This document shows, piece by piece, positions 39,887-48,465 of a stretch of DNA of 64,000 bases. Below the pieces are notes generated by a model. That model was not told where the DNA came from, did no database searches, and saw nothing but the letters and a program-made list of their open reading frames with translations. Numbering within the stretch: position 1 is the stretch's first letter; each line of letters begins with the position of its first letter. The translations under genes were made by a program, and so were the position numbers. This stretch comes from a virus, in IMG/VR virus record IMGVR_UViG_3300022748_000015, positions 32,001-96,000 of that record. One strand, written 5' to 3'.

Positions 39887-40536
39887 CAGCTGTCTTTTCT
39901 TAGTAGGAGCTTACTCTTCCAGTGATGAGTAATAAGCATTTTTCTACCTTTAGTAATTTCACACGACTGGTGGAGGTAGGGAAGGTTGGATGGAAACATT
40001 ACTATGCTTCCAGCCTTAGGTTTTAGCTTAAGGTCTATGGAAGGATCAACGAAATATAACTCTCCGCCTTCATAGTCATCATTCAAATAGACAACGATGG
40101 TGTATGCAATATCGTAGTTTTGCTCATTCCAGTCAATGTGCGGTCCCATGAACTGGCCTTCAGAGTATTTATTTATGCCAATCTTTGTATTTGGTAGCTT
40201 CATGGCTTCTAGCGCATACTCGAGCTGTTCGGGATCTATTCCGTATTTAAAGGCGTATTCAATAGCGCATATCCCCATGGAAGTGGCTATTGTTCCAAAA
40301 ATCCCGATGATTGCTTGCTTAGTGGTGAGGTCTGATTCTTCAGTTAAAAGATCTTTGACCATACTCTTTAAGTCACCATATCGATGTGACCCCTCTGAAT
40401 TAGCATACCAAGGCAGCCATGGGGTTAATGCAATACTATTAGTCTTTTCAATGTCATTGACTACTGATTCTATATTTGGAATTGCGTTCTCGAAATATAG
40501 GATATTGTTGTAAACCTCTTTATAGGCAATGCCCAC
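39886..40536 (-). CDS. 2OG-Fe(II) oxygenase, P4H-like
   Basis: HID...VVYLNDDYEGGELYF...HQS...K. Confidence 0.9.
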   Translation of the reverse strand: MGIAYKEVYNNILYFENAIPNIESVVNDIEKTNSIALTPWLPWYANSEGSHRYGDLKSMVKDLLTEESDLTTKQAIIGIFGTIATSMGICAIEYAFKYGIDPEQLEYALEAMKLPNTKIGINKYSEGQFMGPHIDWNEQNYDIAYTIVVYLNDDYEGGELYFVDPSIDLKLKPKAGSIVMFPSNLPYLHQSCEITKGRKMLITHHWKSKLLLRKDS

Positions 40537-40538
40537 AG

Positions 40539-41336
40539 TTATGCCTCTGGTGTTAAATACGGGTTTACAATTGGCTCGTACTGGGATCCTGCGTTAAAGA
40601 ACTTACGAGACTCTTCATCATGTTGATCATAGTCTGGGTGGAATACAAATCCAGGGAACATGTATTTATCTCCAGACTTCATGATGTGAACCTGATGCTT
40701 GTAGGGATGCGTAGACGGGAAGATCAATGCTGATCCAGCCTTTGGCTTACGCCAGAAGTCAATTAGACCTGAATCCTTAGCATCCTCGATATCTTCTTCT
40801 GGCTTCAGTAGGTCATTCTTTGGGTCGCGGAGATCATAGTCTCGAATGATGAATGAGATTTCCCCACCCTCGTAGTCTTCATTCAGATATAGAACAATAG
40901 AGTACTTCAAAGTACGGTCGCCAGCCTGGGCATCAAAGTGGGCCCCCATTGCACAGCCTGGTCGATACTTCATGATTCCTACGAAAGGAGATAGATTTGG
41001 CTCATAATCGAACTCTCGGTCTCTAAAGTAAGCTTCCGCTACCTTCTTAACACCTGAGCGAATCTGATCAATAATGTACTGAACATCTGCCTTATATTCC
41101 TCTGGAAGTTGGTCAACCAGATCAGGATTAAAATCTTTTTTACCACCAAAAGTGTGACCATCATTGCTATTTGATAGCCACTTACCCCACTTAGGGATGA
41201 CAGAGTAGACTTCCTCGACCGAATCAAGATCTTCAATCATCTTAATGAGTTTACGAGGGTCCTCGATTACGTTCTCGTATAGGAAAACCTCTTCATGAAG
41301 TTTCTCAGCTAGGTGCATTTCTTTATTCTCTGACAT
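40539..41336 (-). CDS. 2OG-Fe(II) oxygenase, P4H-like
   Basis: HFD...VLYLNEDYEGGEI...HQV...K. Confidence 0.9.
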   Translation of the reverse strand: MSENKEMHLAEKLHEEVFLYENVIEDPRKLIKMIEDLDSVEEVYSVIPKWGKWLSNSNDGHTFGGKKDFNPDLVDQLPEEYKADVQYIIDQIRSGVKKVAEAYFRDREFDYEPNLSPFVGIMKYRPGCAMGAHFDAQAGDRTLKYSIVLYLNEDYEGGEISFIIRDYDLRDPKNDLLKPEEDIEDAKDSGLIDFWRKPKAGSALIFPSTHPYKHQVHIMKSGDKYMFPGFVFHPDYDQHDEESRKFFNAGSQYEPIVNPYLTPEA

Positions 41337-41369
41337 GTATATAATCCTATCTTAAGTATCTATTTGTAA

Positions 41370-41963
41370 TTAAAAGTCCCAAAAGGCCATAATGGTGTAT
41401 CTAAATCCTGAGGTTACTTCCTTCACCCCGTGAATATTTTCAAAACCACCGGGAAAAACTAGTAAGTCATTCTTTTCCGGTTTTATCTCTAGGCCATGAT
41501 CTGGGAAGTAGATCTCCCCGCCTGAGTAGTCAGAATTAGCATATAGTATAGATACATATTTCAACTTACTAAACTCAGATACATTGCCCTTGTAGTCTGA
41601 ATTATCTGAGTGTGGGTCAGCTTGTCCACCTTTTGACCACCGCTGGGCTTGTACATAGGTATCTAGTACAGGGTGTTCAAAGATACTTTCTACAGTTGAT
41701 TTAAACTTTTTACTTAGGTTTAAAAAGTAATCCTTTGAAAGACCTCTAGACTCGAGGTTACTTTCCATATCTACTAAAGAGATTCCATAGGACTTATTGA
41801 ATGATGTCTCGCTCCAAGGAAGTTCATCATTTTTTAAAATATCCATAAGGATATCCAGCTCTTTTTCATCCAGGAAATCAGATATTCTAACTAGTCGATT
41901 AGTTTTAATACCCAACTTACTATCTAAAATAGGCTCATCTTTGTAGTAAGTTATAGTATTCAT
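41370..41963 (-). CDS. 2OG-Fe(II) oxygenase, P4H-like
   Basis: HSD...ILYANSDYSGGEIYF...HGV...R. Confidence 0.9.
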   Translation of the reverse strand: MNTITYYKDEPILDSKLGIKTNRLVRISDFLDEKELDILMDILKNDELPWSETSFNKSYGISLVDMESNLESRGLSKDYFLNLSKKFKSTVESIFEHPVLDTYVQAQRWSKGGQADPHSDNSDYKGNVSEFSKLKYVSILYANSDYSGGEIYFPDHGLEIKPEKNDLLVFPGGFENIHGVKEVTSGFRYTIMAFWDF

Positions 41964-42655
41964 TGAGGTTGACGTTCACCTGTGTGCTTGGCGATAGTCC
42001 AGAAAAATGGGCAAGTGTAGCGAATGCCTGATTCGATCTTCGTTACTCCATGGATGTAGTTCATATCACCAGGGAAGAAGTATGCAGCTCCACGCTTAGG
42101 CTTGAACTGAATTCCTTGGAGTGGGAAATACAACTCCCCACCCTCGTAGTCATCATTGATATAAAAGAGTCCAGCAATATCGTAGTAAGGGAAATCATTA
42201 GGGATACCGCGGTTAGGCTCTTCATGCAGTTCTTTGTCTGCATGGGGCATCTGCAACTGACCTGGAAGCCAGCGCACCATAGCCGGGCTAGTGGGGATTG
42301 CGTCAACCTGAAGGTACTTATCTACCTCAACCTTTAGGCGAGCTACCATTCCTTCAATAATCTTAGGAATCTCTTCACTAGTTTTACGGATCGTATCGTA
42401 TGTGGCTACTCGATCCTTCCAGTACTCTGAGTCATAGATTACGGTACCATCGTCATTGTAGTGAGTTTCAGTCACGTCCCAATATTCGTTATTACGAATG
42501 AAGGTATCTAAAGTAGTAATCTCTTCTTCAGTCATAAAGTTTTCTAGAGTAACAATGTTGTCAGGGGAGTTACCAAAGAATCCTGAAGGAGTTATAGAGA
42601 CTCGGTCATTCATCGCGTGTTGGTTATTGGAGTTTTCGAACTCGTTATTCTGCAT
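41960..42655 (-). CDS. 2OG-Fe(II) oxygenase, P4H-like
   Basis: HAD...FYINDDYEGGELYF...HGV...R. Confidence 0.9.
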   Translation of the reverse strand: MQNNEFENSNNQHAMNDRVSITPSGFFGNSPDNIVTLENFMTEEEITTLDTFIRNNEYWDVTETHYNDDGTVIYDSEYWKDRVATYDTIRKTSEEIPKIIEGMVARLKVEVDKYLQVDAIPTSPAMVRWLPGQLQMPHADKELHEEPNRGIPNDFPYYDIAGLFYINDDYEGGELYFPLQGIQFKPKRGAAYFFPGDMNYIHGVTKIESGIRYTCPFFWTIAKHTGERQPQ

Positions 42656-42668
42656 AGTTATATCCTAG

Positions 42669-43400
42669 TTATCCGTAAATTCTTCTAGTCCAGACGGAGT
42701 TCTTGTATACTCCACCATCTCGTACTCGATACTTGGTTGAGTTATCATGGTTACTCTTAACCATAGTCTTGTAGTCAGGAACCGAGATCTCTGACTCCCA
42801 GTCCTCACGCTTGAAAGGGATGAGCTGAGCATAAGGAGTTCCAGCTGGTAGAATTCCAGTCCAACCTTCCTTAATAAAGAAAGGCATGGTTCCTGGTAAA
42901 TTCACCTTATCATTGTCAATCACGCCATTAGTTGTCTGGAATGGTAGATCATACCGATTCAGTGGGTGAGTGTACAGAACGCTGTACCCCTCCGGAACTG
43001 ATACGGCCCAGTCAGCCCACCAAGCAAAGTGCTTCTCGTGATAACCCATGGGGTGGACAAACTGAGGTAGTGGGTCTCGGGGGCCGCAGAAATCTTGGTT
43101 CTGAGGGTCTAATACTTTTACTGCAATTTGATTATTTGAATCTAGATAGAACTCTAGGTCACATGGTGTTTTATAGACATATCCAGTCATCATTACATCC
43201 ATGATTGCTGGGCACGCCTTCCATGTAGGGATCTTCCCTTGCTGTGGGTGCTCCCATGGCTCGTTAGTCATTGGATTGATGGCAAACCGATCTGCTTTAC
43301 GATACCAGTCTGGAATGTTTTTAGATGTGGGTTCAGGTGTTGACTTACTGTCTTTTTTAAGCCACGGGCGGTTAGCAATAAATTTAATCTTGTTGCTCAA
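42669..43400 (-). CDS. DUF6065-like protein, paralog of 32699
   Basis: IPDWY, WKACPAI.D, W..SVPEGYSVLYTHPLNR, LPAGTPYAQLIPFKREDW. Confidence 0.6.
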   Translation of the reverse strand: MSNKIKFIANRPWLKKDSKSTPEPTSKNIPDWYRKADRFAINPMTNEPWEHPQQGKIPTWKACPAIMDVMMTGYVYKTPCDLEFYLDSNNQIAVKVLDPQNQDFCGPRDPLPQFVHPMGYHEKHFAWWADWAVSVPEGYSVLYTHPLNRYDLPFQTTNGVIDNDKVNLPGTMPFFIKEGWTGILPAGTPYAQLIPFKREDWESEISVPDYKTMVKSNHDNSTKYRVRDGGVYKNSVWTRRIYG

Positions 43401-44118
43401 TCGTGGCTCCTGTCACTGGGCATGTAATGGTCTTCAATTTAATCGATTTAGTTTCGTGTTTTCCGACGACTTCACCCTTGTAGTTCAAAGCATCTCGATA
43501 CATTTTTGACCAGTCCCCGACACCATTTTTGATTTCTGCAGCATCTCCGTACTTGGTTACTTCTTCCCAGTACGCACGGTCAAGGAATTTATCTGAAATC
43601 TCTAGTTGATAGTCGCCCTCTAAGGCTCCTAAAGAGATAGGGAGAACTGCAGCAACTGGAGTTCCAGCCGGGATGAATACTTCAATGTTTGGTTCCGTTA
43701 GACGCCAACCCAGAGGTAGTTCTGGCATATAGAATGAAGTACTAATCAGGGTTGTATAGCATTGAGCACCACGAATGAACTGATTTGGAACAGGCATCGA
43801 TAGAAGGGTAGTGTTCTGATCAGTTTTAAACACTAAACCTGATCTGAAGCTAATAGTCGCATTTCCGCGGCCAGTGTATACATACTCTTCCCCCTCGAGG
43901 ACTTTGATGTGGGTGTCAGTAGTATCGGTAATTCCATCCCAGATGAAGCGAATATCCTTAGGGAACGATATTCCCCAGCCTAGTTTATTAGTCAGACTTA
44001 CAGGGAAGCACATATATGCGTGCTTATCTGCAGTCTCGTCCATCCAGTCTCGTCTAGCGGTTAATGGTTCAATGTTTGCTACATTGTTTCCAGCCTTGGT
44101 TACAGTAATAGTCTTCAC
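43384..44118 (-). CDS. DUF6065-like protein
   Basis: R.WMD...HAYMCFPV...N..GW, IPAGTPVAAVLPI. Confidence 0.6.
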   Translation of the reverse strand: MKTITVTKAGNNVANIEPLTARRDWMDETADKHAYMCFPVSLTNKLGWGISFPKDIRFIWDGITDTTDTHIKVLEGEEYVYTGRGNATISFRSGLVFKTDQNTTLLSMPVPNQFIRGAQCYTTLISTSFYMPELPLGWRLTEPNIEVFIPAGTPVAAVLPISLGALEGDYQLEISDKFLDRAYWEEVTKYGDAAEIKNGVGDWSKMYRDALNYKGEVVGKHETKSIKLKTITCPVTGATIEQQD

Positions 44119-44876
44119 TAGTTACCAGTCTCCTCGTAGAACTTAGGGTTGTGGAACTTCTCTGAGAAGTCAAGCATGGTAACCATCGAATATTTGACAC
44201 CAGAGATTACTGGCATTGCACGATGCGGGTACATGAAGTTTGAAGGGAAGATATAAGTCTCTCCAGCCTTTGGTTTAATGGTTGCACCCTGTAGACGGAA
44301 GAACAATTCTCCACCTTCATAGTCATCATTAGGAAAGCTAACTAGAGATACTACGCAGTTGTATGAGTAGCCGTGGTCGTGGTGCTCCTGGAAGTGCTGA
44401 CCTTCTCCATAACGAACGTAGTTAGTTGCTTCCCAGTATCGAAGCTCTCCTACGTTGTATCGGCGGGTATAGTCCTTAACAGCTTGGAGTTGGCGATAGT
44501 TGACATCATCTGCCAACTCTTGTAGTGCTAGTCCAGCTTCTGACTTATCGTTGATAATGTCTGACTTTTTGTATTTAAAATCTACGCAATCACGGTATTC
44601 TGGCATTCGCATGGCATAGCCAACCATAGCCTCGGCGTATGAGTAGTTATTGCTTGGATCAGCTAGCACTGTTTCCAGTCGCTCGATGATATTCATATCC
44701 TTTGGTAGGACATCTCGATATACCCAAATTCCTGACCCAGGGGCAACCTCTTCGCAGGATGTCCAGGTTTTCTCTTCGATGTTATACCAAGCTTTTAGAC
44801 GTTCTTCTACTGTCTTCTGCTCTTGCTTACCTAGCTCTTCTATTTTCGCTGAGGTACTTACTATCTCTGGTTGCAT
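44118..44876 (-). CDS. 2OG-Fe(II) oxygenase, P4H-like
   Basis: HHD...PNDDYEGGELFF...HRA...K. Confidence 0.9.
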   Translation of the reverse strand: MQPEIVSTSAKIEELGKQEQKTVEERLKAWYNIEEKTWTSCEEVAPGSGIWVYRDVLPKDMNIIERLETVLADPSNNYSYAEAMVGYAMRMPEYRDCVDFKYKKSDIINDKSEAGLALQELADDVNYRQLQAVKDYTRRYNVGELRYWEATNYVRYGEGQHFQEHHDHGYSYNCVVSLVSFPNDDYEGGELFFRLQGATIKPKAGETYIFPSNFMYPHRAMPVISGVKYSMVTMLDFSEKFHNPKFYEETGN

Positions 44877-45610
44877 TAGTATTTCAACTCATATTCCGTA
44901 ATTACATGTGGTACTCGACGATTAACATTATCACGATCATTGTAGTCGCTCATGATGACTATAGCGTACTTGGTTCCGTCGATCATATCTTCAGAGGCAT
45001 GCTCATAGATAAAGATAGACGGGAATACTACAATATCTCCTGCTTTAGGCTTAATCTTCAAGCCATCCATTCGAGGGAAATAAATCTCTCCGCCTTCATA
45101 GTCATCATTCAAATAGATAACGATAGATACAGTACTGACATAGGTTGGACCATGGTCAGCGTGAATCTTAAAGTGGGTACCCTTACCGGGATACTTTACA
45201 AAATTAAATGCCTCGAATGACTGCATCCCTACACCCCAGTAGCGCCCGTAGTCTGATACGCAGCTATACATGCTCTGAAAAATTTCTTCATGCATATCCA
45301 GAAGCTCGGCATTCTGAGGAGTTCTAGGCCCTAAATCCTTCGAGCCAAACTTAAAGTCTAGGGCATTTCTAGCTGAAACATCCGCCTCAGCTGAGTTGGT
45401 AACCATGGCACCCTGCCATTTGTAGGGTCCTGACCCATCTAGCTTATTTTCGAGGGTTTGAATAAACTTTGCGCATTGCTCTGGTGTATAGGCGCCTCTA
45501 TAGATATTTATACCTAGAGCTGGATTTAGTACGGTAACGTTACCATACTGTCGATCTGGCATTCTATTAGATGAGGTCTCTGATCTATCTTTAGTGAACC
45601 AATCATTCAT
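44876..45610 (-). CDS. 2OG-Fe(II) oxygenase, P4H-like
   Basis: HAD...IYLNDDYEGGEIYF...HAS...K. Confidence 0.9.
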   Translation of the reverse strand: MNDWFTKDRSETSSNRMPDRQYGNVTVLNPALGINIYRGAYTPEQCAKFIQTLENKLDGSGPYKWQGAMVTNSAEADVSARNALDFKFGSKDLGPRTPQNAELLDMHEEIFQSMYSCVSDYGRYWGVGMQSFEAFNFVKYPGKGTHFKIHADHGPTYVSTVSIVIYLNDDYEGGEIYFPRMDGLKIKPKAGDIVVFPSIFIYEHASEDMIDGTKYAIVIMSDYNDRDNVNRRVPHVITEYELKY

Positions 45611-45626
45611 AGATCCAGTCTATACC

Positions 45627-46625
45627 TTATTCTAAAATAATTGGCTCTAAAAGTCTAAAATCTTCTGCGTGTCTAGGTATACCTAAGTTGTTATAGTTTG
45701 GATTATATTCGCAAATTCTATGATCCATCCCTGACATTTTGCAATACTCTTCTACGGACTCTTTAGGGATGTCTCCATATATGCCTGTAAGTCTCCCTGA
45801 TAGTAATAGATTTAGTTTCAACATTGAATCATCTGATTGTTTCCAGAAAGCATCTTTATTCATATCTGACCACGGGCGGTGGGTAGTCATTCTAGAGTGG
45901 ATCTCGTCTGGGTACTCTTTGTATGTATTGTGGTAATAAAGGATTCTTGGTGTTGAATAGAAACGCCACCCGCGGCACCATGCTTGGATGGTTACATAAA
46001 TCTCTTCACCGTGATAACACATATCCGGGTCTAGCGGGACTTCATCTACAAACTCTTTAGGTGCAAATACCCAGCTGAGCTGTAGGTAGTAGTCTTCATG
46101 AACCGAACTATCCTCCGGAACTAGCTGAGTTCCCGGGAAACTATGGCCTGGAATATATCCTTCAGTTATGAATGGTCTATAGCTATTTTTTACTCGTCCT
46201 GCTCTAGAAGTATAGCTAATGCTCCAGTCTGAATTCATCTCGTACTCTGGCCCAGAGACCGTGAGTAGCGCTTTAGGATTTATTTCTTTTGCTTTTTCGT
46301 ATTCCTCTAGAACTATAGTGTCCCAGCCTTCGGCAAATAAGTTGTGCCCGCAGGTATAGAGAATATAGTCATATTCTTCAGATACTTCTGTTGTCTTATC
46401 CCTAGACCAAAGTACCCCTCTATATTTTGAGAGATCGTATTTTCTATAGACTAGCTGACCCTCAGGGATGAAACTTAGGTCTGCATGAAGCTCTGGCTTA
46501 CTTTGCTCCGATACAATCGAGAATATTAGATTCCCTGGCTTAGCTGCCTTCTCATAGCAATCTCTAACTGACTCAGCTAGTTGACGCTCGCGATAGGCGA
46601 TCATTGAGACAAGTATTTTTGTCAT
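45627..46625 (-). CDS. GT60-like glycosyltransferase (paralog of 27011)
   Basis: ILVSMIAYRE, TCGHNLFAEGWD (D..H motif diverged), LSWVF, YHGEEIYV..QAWCRGWRFY.P, YH. Confidence 0.7.
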   Translation of the reverse strand: MTKILVSMIAYRERQLAESVRDCYEKAAKPGNLIFSIVSEQSKPELHADLSFIPEGQLVYRKYDLSKYRGVLWSRDKTTEVSEEYDYILYTCGHNLFAEGWDTIVLEEYEKAKEINPKALLTVSGPEYEMNSDWSISYTSRAGRVKNSYRPFITEGYIPGHSFPGTQLVPEDSSVHEDYYLQLSWVFAPKEFVDEVPLDPDMCYHGEEIYVTIQAWCRGWRFYSTPRILYYHNTYKEYPDEIHSRMTTHRPWSDMNKDAFWKQSDDSMLKLNLLLSGRLTGIYGDIPKESVEEYCKMSGMDHRICEYNPNYNNLGIPRHAEDFRLLEPIILE

Positions 46626-47416
46626 AGAGGTATATATCCTTCAACATTCTTAATAAAGTCTATACCTACAACAGTGCATTGCTGACATCCAGGACATTCC
46701 TTATTACCTTCCGGTAAGTCGTTAAAGTATGGCCCATGCCCGGAATGCTCGTAATATCTTATGTCACCATCGAGCTTATACTTCTTCATAGCCTCTGCGT
46801 ACTGGATATTTCCTTCTTCGGAGTAGCAATCAATGTCATAAATCCAGTGGTCTTTAGTTGCATAATTAGCAAAAAGAACTGTTACGTAAGCTTCTTCATC
46901 GTCTACTGGATATCTAGGCCGAGTATGTACCTGCTGTTGGCCCATAAAAAAGATTCCGCTATTATTTTGCTCCTCGAAACGCTCACCATCAATTGAGAGC
47001 CCCCAGCTCGGAACTCGATGTGATTCCACGCAAATATCCGCTGTGTATTGAGTAGCTGGTTGATCCATGTGCTCCCAGATGTATGGGGTTATTCCCTTAT
47101 ATTGCTGGTATCTGGCTACCCAAACTATTTTTAGTCTAAGTTCTGGTAATCCCCATTGTTCTTTTCCTAGATTCTCTAGGTACTCCCAGACCTCTGGTGG
47201 AAAGTCTACCTCTGTATGCCATCTACCGAGGATGTTGTGATACGGAGTTGCATTAGGTTTATTTTCTGAACCTGGTCCCCAGTTTGCTTGTTCATCAATA
47301 GTTGTTTTTACCTTATTCAAAATATCTTTAGTAAATACATTTTCTAGATAAAAAGCTGGCTTGCCTTCTGGAAGCTTCCATTTAATGTTTGGACTAGTAT
47401 CAGCGTGTATAGGCAC
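46622..47416 (-). CDS. Divergent 2OG-Fe(II) oxygenase-like protein
   Basis: EHMDQPATQYTADICV...W.LSIDG...FMGQQQVHTRP; HxD...H pattern of a different phage 2OG family; Cys-containing tail. Confidence 0.6.
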   Translation of the reverse strand: MPIHADTSPNIKWKLPEGKPAFYLENVFTKDILNKVKTTIDEQANWGPGSENKPNATPYHNILGRWHTEVDFPPEVWEYLENLGKEQWGLPELRLKIVWVARYQQYKGITPYIWEHMDQPATQYTADICVESHRVPSWGLSIDGERFEEQNNSGIFFMGQQQVHTRPRYPVDDEEAYVTVLFANYATKDHWIYDIDCYSEEGNIQYAEAMKKYKLDGDIRYYEHSGHGPYFNDLPEGNKECPGCQQCTVVGIDFIKNVEGYIPL

Positions 47417-47440
47417 AATCTCTCCTGGGAATGCTAAAAG

Positions 47441-47470
47441 AGGAGCAGATTTCTCTGCCCCTCTTCTAGG
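47441..47470 (-). terminator. Intrinsic terminator after the (PPFF)n gene
   Basis: Minus strand AGAGGGGCAGA-GAAA-TCTGCTCCTCT followed by T run. Confidence 0.6.
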
Positions 47471-47482
47471 TTATATCTTTTT

Positions 47483-48448
47483 TTATTCTTCGTCTTCTTC
47501 GACTTCAGATTCCTCTTCCATCATACTCGGATCAATAGAGAAGATTCCAAAGCGTGGTGGGAATGAAGGTGGGAAGAACGGTGGGAAGAACGGTGGGAAG
47601 AACGGTGGGAAGAAAGGTGGGAAGAAGGGGAAGTAAGGGAAGAAAGGTGGGAAGAACGGTGGGAAGAATGGGAAGTAAGGAGGGAAGAACGGTGGGAAGA
47701 ACGGTGGGAAGAACGGTGGGAAGAATGGGAAGTAAGGAGGGAAGAACGGTGGGAAGAACGGTGGGAAGAACGGTGGTGTAGTAGAGATAGTATTAGTGGT
47801 TACAGTAGCCGAGTTACCATTTGCGTTAGTGGCATAGAGGCTAAAGTACTCATTTGTTCCACCTGGAACGGGGGTATCGTAGTATACAGCGCTAGTAGGA
47901 GTGCCGCTATTGGCTAGGGACCCTACTCCGATGACGATAGGAGTATTTGGGGCTAGCGATGGAACCAGCGTAGTTTGAGTAATAGCTGAACCACCAGTTG
48001 CTCCTACAGTCCAAGCAATTCGGTCAGAGTCAGCACTTGGCGAGCTTAGGGCTGGCGACTGAGGAGCTTGAGGAACAGTAGTAACTGCAACTGAAGATGA
48101 TGTTACTGCATTAGAATTTCCAGCAGCATTCTTTGCAACTACAGAGAATGTATATGAAACTCCAGAAGCAAGACCTTCAAACACAAACGGTGCACCACCA
48201 GTAGGTAGTGTAGTTGTATTCTTAGTTACAGTTGCTGGGGTTGAAGTGATGTCATAGCTTGTTGCTGCTGGAGATAGTGCTGGAAGGGTCCATACTAGGT
48301 TTACAGCACCACCCTGACCATTAGTTCCGGTAGCTACAGCAAGGTATGGTCGGTTAGTTCCAACGTTAGTTGCAGTTGTGATTGTTACATCATTAGGCTG
48401 TAGGAAGTCATTCTGTGACTGTGAGTGTCTACCAGCTCTTTTTGCCAT
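47483..48448 (-). CDS. Two-Fn3 putative fibre-tip protein with 76-aa (PPFF)n repeat and conserved C-terminal tag
   Basis: Fn3-like W..PA...Y.I...GL.SG.SYTF.V.A.N; then PPFF repeats; ends PPSFPPRFGIFSIDPSMMEEESEVEEDEE. Confidence 0.8.
   Translation of the reverse strand: MAKRAGRHSQSQNDFLQPNDVTITTATNVGTNRPYLAVATGTNGQGGAVNLVWTLPALSPAATSYDITSTPATVTKNTTTLPTGGAPFVFEGLASGVSYTFSVVAKNAAGNSNAVTSSSVAVTTVPQAPQSPALSSPSADSDRIAWTVGATGGSAITQTTLVPSLAPNTPIVIGVGSLANSGTPTSAVYYDTPVPGGTNEYFSLYATNANGNSATVTTNTISTTPPFFPPFFPPFFPPYFPFFPPFFPPFFPPFFPPYFPFFPPFFPPFFPYFPFFPPFFPPFFPPFFPPFFPPSFPPRFGIFSIDPSMMEEESEVEEDEE
47509..47572. repeat. 64-bp perfect repeat, copy 2
   Basis: Identical to 28528-28591. Confidence 0.9.
47549..47776. 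repeat. Coding tandem repeat, 12-bp unit GGGAAGAACGGT with 9-bp variants
   Basis: Encodes 12 exact PPFF tetrads plus PPYF/PFF/PYF variants on the minus strand. Confidence 0.95.
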
Positions 48449-48465
48449 TTCTTAATTCTCTCCTA

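Noticed and set aside
38740-45610. Oxygenases as TET/JBP or AlkB DNA-modifying enzymes
   Set aside because: They carry the Y.N.DY.GGE.F P4H-like signature and sit with fibre genes; TET/JBP hallmarks were not recognised. Phylogeny is needed to exclude it fully.
47549-47781. Tandem repeat as a CRISPR array, and the + strand ORF 47554..47781 (GRTV repeats)
   Set aside because: Units are 9-12 bp with no unique spacers and stay in frame on the minus strand; the + ORF is its antisense shadow.
47483-48448. (PPFF)n as a multi-core cyclic-peptide precursor (antamanide/cyclolinopeptide contain PPFF)
   Set aside because: No protease sites between units, no macrocyclase or peptidase nearby, and the repeat is fused to Fn3 domains in a virion operon. 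Kept only as a remote possibility.
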